A stretch of DNA of 17,808 bases from a virus (taxonomy: Duplodnaviria; Heunggongvirae; Uroviricota; Caudoviricetes). A program made the translations under genes and the position numbers. The notes under the pieces were generated by a model. That model ran no database searches. It saw nothing but the letters and a program-made list of their open reading frames with translations, and was not told the DNA's origin. Location of the stretch: the IMG/VR virus record IMGVR_UViG_3300028840_001168, positions 64,001 to 81,808 of that record; one strand, 5' to 3'. This document shows, one piece after another, positions 14,091 to 17,808 of the stretch (positions are counted from its first letter, which is position 1; each line of letters begins with the position of its first letter).

Positions 14091-15184
14091 TCGTTACCTC
14101 TCTTCCGATAATACCGGGCTTCCTTGGGCAGTCCATCGTCCGACAGCTCCCGGTACTTGAAGGTGATCTTGTCGCCGACCTTCAGCCTGGCACCGTTGAA
14201 GTGTGCGGGCACTACCTCCCCGGGGTGGTTCTTCGCCCAGCAAGTGGCGGCCGGCAACTCGAACTTCCTCTCCTCATTGGTGAGCCCGGACAACTCCAGC
14301 CTCTTGCCATTGTAGTTGAGGATCAGCGCTCCGATCATGCCCAGCAGCTTGCTGCCCTTGTTGGTCTCCCGCCCGCTGACGTACCCGACCAGGATGCCTT
14401 CGTCGTCGTTGACGTCTTTGACCTTCAGGGCTCCGGCGATCCGCCTGGGCTCCCAGGTGGCCGACCCGTCCCGGAGCACCAGGCCCTCGCCGCCAGCCTC
14501 CAGGAACTTGTCGAGCAGCTCGTCCACCTTCCGGACGGCCTCTTCCTCGACGCCTGGCAATTGGCCGTGTGGGATCACGTCCACAACGTCGTGGGTCGAG
14601 GTCACAGCCTCCAGTAGGAAGGCCATCTCGGCCTCGAAGTCGGCCGCCTTGTCGAAGGTTTTGAAGTCCTCCAGCACGCCCGTCTCGGCCCGCTCTGCGA
14701 ACCACTTCCGCACCAGGGGCTCGGACACCATCTGGGTGAAGTTCGGGTTCTTGATCTCACCGGTGCCGAACACCTGATCAAAGGCCGGGCTGCCGAACAC
14801 GCAGTACCGGATCTGGTCCCAGTCCGGTCCCGGTACGTCGCCGGCCACGATCGACCGGCACGTTTGGAAGCGGCCCCGGCCGGCGAACAGCTCGCCATCG
14901 AGGAGGCATGCTGGGAGCTTGTTCAGCCACCAGTCCGGGGCCATGATCGGGTTGCCGTAGCGCGACCAGAGGCCGGTGGCGACCGGCTTGATCTTCGTCT
15001 TGGGCTCGCCAGTCTTCGGGTTGGTCACGTTGGCCCAGGGTACCCGGCTGGTAGGGACACCACGGCTCACGCCGCCGTCCCAGAATGCCCGGGTGCCGTC
15101 CAGCTTCTCGCTGACCCACCAGTTGGCGATCTTCTGCTTGCCGTTGTACTTCTTGGCGAGCATCAGGAATTCACGTCGATTCAT
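14087..15184 (-). CDS. lig: ATP-dependent DNA ligase (365 aa)
   Basis: SEKLDG (motif I), LLDGELF (III), EGLVLR (IV), LKVK (V) and an OB-fold tail ITFKY...PKEARY. Confidence 0.93.
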   Translation of the reverse strand: MNRREFLMLAKKYNGKQKIANWWVSEKLDGTRAFWDGGVSRGVPTSRVPWANVTNPKTGEPKTKIKPVATGLWSRYGNPIMAPDWWLNKLPACLLDGELFAGRGRFQTCRSIVAGDVPGPDWDQIRYCVFGSPAFDQVFGTGEIKNPNFTQMVSEPLVRKWFAERAETGVLEDFKTFDKAADFEAEMAFLLEAVTSTHDVVDVIPHGQLPGVEEEAVRKVDELLDKFLEAGGEGLVLRDGSATWEPRRIAGALKVKDVNDDEGILVGYVSGRETNKGSKLLGMIGALILNYNGKRLELSGLTNEERKFELPAATCWAKNHPGEVVPAHFNGARLKVGDKITFKYRELSDDGLPKEARYYRKRGNE

Positions 15185-15453
15185 GTAATTCTCTCCGCAT
15201 GTACATGAGTGTGGTTGTCAAGAGTGGTAACAAGGATCTCGTACTCAGGAGCCCTCTCCCCTTCCGGCACCTTGTCGAACAAGTGGGAGTACGCTTGGTA
15301 GCAAATGCTACGCGAAGCGAAGCAGTAATGAGCCCGAACGACTACGAATCCCATCATGGCTTCGGCTACCATCTCGGGCTCATTCCTGATCAACCGGTCC
15401 TCGACACTGAAGCAGCCGATTCGGTCTTTCAGGTCAGGGCGGTGAAACTTCAT
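15181..15453 (-). CDS. Hypothetical protein (90 aa)
   Basis: AAGGAGA RBS; ATGA coupling to the ligase. Confidence 0.8.
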   Translation of the reverse strand: MKFHRPDLKDRIGCFSVEDRLIRNEPEMVAEAMMGFVVVRAHYCFASRSICYQAYSHLFDKVPEGERAPEYEILVTTLDNHTHVHAERIT

Positions 15454-15823
15454 CAGTTTTCTCCTTGGGGCTCTTCAGCATCTCGATCGTCTGCTCCAGT
15501 ACGGAGATCCGCCACGAGAGATTCTCGATCTCTCGGTTCAGCTTGTTGTTCTCCTCGATCTCGTCCTTGAGCATCTCGACACCTTCCTTCAGGCTGGCCT
15601 TCAGTCGGGCGTTCTCCTCGGAGATCAGCTCCACTGCCAGGCGAGCCCGCTCGATGCGGTCGTTCAACGTGGCGTTGTTACTGGCCAGGTCACCGACAGC
15701 CTGCATCGAAGGGATCAAAGTCTCCGACCGCACGCCGTCAACGAATTGGTGCAGGGTATATTGTGAGACGCAGCAGTGGGCCACAGCCAACATAGCCAAG
15801 ATACAATAAACGACGGTTCTCAT
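15434..15823 (-). CDS. Coiled-coil protein with N-terminal hydrophobic anchor or signal (129 aa)
   Basis: VVYCILAMLAVA N-terminus; heptad-like L/I spacing in the C-terminal half. Confidence 0.78.
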   Translation of the reverse strand: MRTVVYCILAMLAVAHCCVSQYTLHQFVDGVRSETLIPSMQAVGDLASNNATLNDRIERARLAVELISEENARLKASLKEGVEMLKDEIEENNKLNREIENLSWRISVLEQTIEMLKSPKEKTDEVSPP

Positions 15824-16506
15824 TCGGACTCTCCAGTCAGTTTAAGGAATTGGGACAGAAGGTTTCGTCTACAACGGTTCGCGTACTGGTAAGTACATCC
15901 GAGCTTCTCAGCTAGTTCCTTGTCATCCAGGCCCCAGTTGTCAGGATCAAGAATGAGAGCAGCCATCTCACACTCACCCCGTAGCACCTCAAGAGCGTCC
16001 AGCATGTCTGACTTCTCCTCCTCCGCGTCGGGGTTCTCCTTATCTTCGTGCTTTGGCTCTCTCTCACTTACCAAATAGTCAGGCTTCAATCCATCGGCAA
16101 GGCGACCCAGTTGAGTTCGCAAGCACGGGGCCGCCACCCCTTGTAACTCATTCAAGCACTCCTCTATTCGCCCCCGTATCCTGCTAGAAGCCAGCTTCTG
16201 AATGTTCGAGTCGATCAGCATGTCCCGTTCCAAGTGGCTCACCAACATGGTGACAGCCAGCATGGCCTCACCCACCATCTCGTCCAAGAACCGCCGGCAA
16301 CTTGGGTAGTGCCACATGTACCTGCCTATCAGGTACCGGGCTGTCGATCTCAGGGCCAGGATCAATGGCTCTGTCGGGCCACCATCCAGCCTAGCTTCCA
16401 CTAGATCAGCCAGCGCCTCTTGGGAAACAGGTTTCACATCCTTGAAGGCTGGGTGCTCGAACTGTTTCACCCTTCGCTGGTTTGCACACAGTCTGATAAG
16501 GTTCAT
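15820..16506 (-). CDS. Putative phage sigma70-family sigma factor (228 aa)
   Basis: Region 2-like ARYLIGRY...DEMVGEAMLA...LASSRIRGRIEECL (compare FliA YAxxRIRGAxxDxLR) and C-terminal HTH GLDDKELAEKLGCTYQYANRCRR. Confidence 0.68.
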   Translation of the reverse strand: MNLIRLCANQRRVKQFEHPAFKDVKPVSQEALADLVEARLDGGPTEPLILALRSTARYLIGRYMWHYPSCRRFLDEMVGEAMLAVTMLVSHLERDMLIDSNIQKLASSRIRGRIEECLNELQGVAAPCLRTQLGRLADGLKPDYLVSEREPKHEDKENPDAEEEKSDMLDALEVLRGECEMAALILDPDNWGLDDKELAEKLGCTYQYANRCRRNLLSQFLKLTGESE

Positions 16507-16958
16507 GGTCGCACCTTGAAGAACAGCTTCGGCTCGAAGTGTTTGTACAGGAAGTCTTCCGGAGCCCAGGTCAGGCCCACGCCCCGGGGGTCGTAGATCC
16601 GCTTGTTGCCAAGGTCCCAGGTCACAGCGTGCGGGACCTCCTCCTTAATAAGTATACCACACAGGACGCCCATGTCAAATGCCATGTGGTCTTTTAGACG
16701 ATCTTTTGGGTTTCCCATGTAGACGTCCAGCTCGCCGCTCTCGTACCCCATGACCGGGTACAGGTCGATGCAGGTGACCTTCCAGCCCATGTCGTCTAAG
16801 ACCTCGATGATCTCCTGGCTGTGGAAGCCACGGTGGCCGTCGCCCACCTTCTCTGACCCATCGTGGCCAATCTTCTTGATCAGGAACCCCAGGGGGTAGC
16901 CAATCACATTGGCGAAGGCGGTCGGCATGCAGCTCCACTTGTTCGGGTTGATGTTCAC
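16503..16958 (-). CDS. Papain-like (C39-type) cysteine peptidase-fold protein (151 aa)
   Basis: N-terminal WSCMPTAFA (catalytic Cys on a helix) and HAVTWD...IYDP (His/Asp); GTGA coupling. Confidence 0.62.
   Translation of the reverse strand: MNINPNKWSCMPTAFANVIGYPLGFLIKKIGHDGSEKVGDGHRGFHSQEIIEVLDDMGWKVTCIDLYPVMGYESGELDVYMGNPKDRLKDHMAFDMGVLCGILIKEEVPHAVTWDLGNKRIYDPRGVGLTWAPEDFLYKHFEPKLFFKVRP
16651..16678 (-). promoter_or_regulatory. Intragenic sigma70-type promoter P9, TTGACA-N16-TATACT with TGTGG extended -10
   Basis: Exact match to the architecture of P1-P8, inside CDS 16503-16958, 145 nt upstream of the sigma-factor start. Confidence 0.78.
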
Positions 16959-17554
16959 AGCGTCACCTTGAAGTTGAAGTATTGTGTCAGCTCGGTCTGT
17001 AACCGTATGGACGTCTCAGCCGTGTGGTACTCCATCGTGTTCCACGGCCTGGGGACCAGAATGGCGTGCCCACCGGCTTTGCGGAACTTGTCCACGTTAC
17101 CACGTCGGTCGTCGATCAACAGTGTGAATGGGTTCGCCAGTACCTCTTTGTGAGACCCAATCATGTACCGCCGGTGCAGGAACTTCGGCAGGAACCGGTG
17201 AATCCACTCCAGCTTCCCGGCCAGGCACTCCGGGCTCTTGGTGGCCGAGGTGGCGATGAAGATGTTCTCCTCACCCACAGCCCACACCAGGGCAGCCAGG
17301 AGATTTCTCAAGTACGGTGCCGGCGGTATACCTGCCCAGAAGTTTCGGTCCAGAGACTCCCAGAATTCAACCACTCCAAACTCCGGCCGTCCAGGCTCCT
17401 TGAGCAGGTTGGCTGCCATCACGATGTCCCAGCCGGCCACCTCTGGGTAGGCTTCGTACGGTAGCACCAGGGACGTGGCACCGGCGTACTTCAGCGCTGT
17501 CATGCAGAAGTGGTTGCAGACGTCGTCGAGATCAAGCATCACTCTGGAGATCAT
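16955..17554 (-). CDS. HAD-superfamily 5'(3')-deoxyribonucleotidase (NT5C-like, 199 aa)
   Basis: LDLDDV (motif I), IATS, GKLEWI, LLIDD and PRPWN; ATG 17554 with a GAGGA RBS. Confidence 0.87.
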   Translation of the reverse strand: MISRVMLDLDDVCNHFCMTALKYAGATSLVLPYEAYPEVAGWDIVMAANLLKEPGRPEFGVVEFWESLDRNFWAGIPPAPYLRNLLAALVWAVGEENIFIATSATKSPECLAGKLEWIHRFLPKFLHRRYMIGSHKEVLANPFTLLIDDRRGNVDKFRKAGGHAILVPRPWNTMEYHTAETSIRLQTELTQYFNFKVTL

Positions 17555-17807
17555 CAATCAGTTCCTCTCGGGTCGGTATCTCGTCGTACCGTGGTTTCCA
17601 GTAATCTCGCCAGTTAGGCGGCCCGAACAGCTTCTTGTAGTCGTGGTTCCCAGTGATGATCCAGATGCCGCAGCCGTGGGCTTCCCACACCGGCCACTTC
17701 TGGATCTGCCGCATCGTGAACTCGTAGGAGTCCGGGTTCTTCAGGTCGATCCACCGCTGGCCGTGCTTCTTGTGCGTGGCCCAGATGTCCGGAATCCCGA
17801 ACTGCAT
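17532..17807 (-). CDS. VRR-NUC-like PD-(D/E)XK nuclease, 5'-truncated by the window edge
   Basis: GIPD...WIDLKNP...FT..Q pattern; open to the window end. Confidence 0.68.
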   Translation of the reverse strand: MQFGIPDIWATHKKHGQRWIDLKNPDSYEFTMRQIQKWPVWEAHGCGIWIITGNHDYKKLFGPPNWRDYWKPRYDEIPTREELIDDLQSDA

Positions 17808-17808
17808 C

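Noticed and set aside
15434-15823. i-spanin or lysis gene
   Set aside because: No embedded same-strand lipoprotein ORF, holin or endolysin nearby, and the context is DNA metabolism.
1-17808. Genetic-code reassignment, tRNA genes, introns or inteins
   Set aside because: Standard-code ORFs tile both arms with tight ATGA coupling; no T-loop or cloverleaf, intein or homing-endonuclease motifs were seen.

Overview
Gene-dense fragment of a tailed dsDNA bacteriophage or prophage; the host cannot be determined, and no structural genes, tRNA, rRNA or CRISPR array are visible. It has three blocks. (1) 1-4816, leftward: an array of small, mostly acidic hypothetical genes plus a small SAM-dependent methyltransferase, most preceded by repeated promoter-leader-RBS cassettes of two families; this looks like an early host-takeover or anti-defence region and has lower GC. 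(2) 5155-9783, rightward and divergent: small hypotheticals, a GHKL-type ATPase with apparently permuted motif order, two structured intergenic elements and a metallophosphoesterase. (3) 9763-17808, leftward and translationally coupled: a DNA metabolism and regulation operon with a VRR-NUC-like nuclease (partial), HAD 5'(3')-deoxyribonucleotidase, C39-like peptidase, sigma70-family factor, ATP-dependent DNA ligase, PD-(D/E)XK exonuclease, GNAT acetyltransferase, beta-class amino-methyltransferase with a non-canonical DPPD motif, and an FmdB zinc ribbon. The clearest sequence-level signal is nine sigma70-type promoters that all read TTGACA-N16-TANNNT, one of them hidden inside the peptidase gene just upstream of the phage sigma factor. 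All product calls come from motif recognition by eye; no database searches were run.
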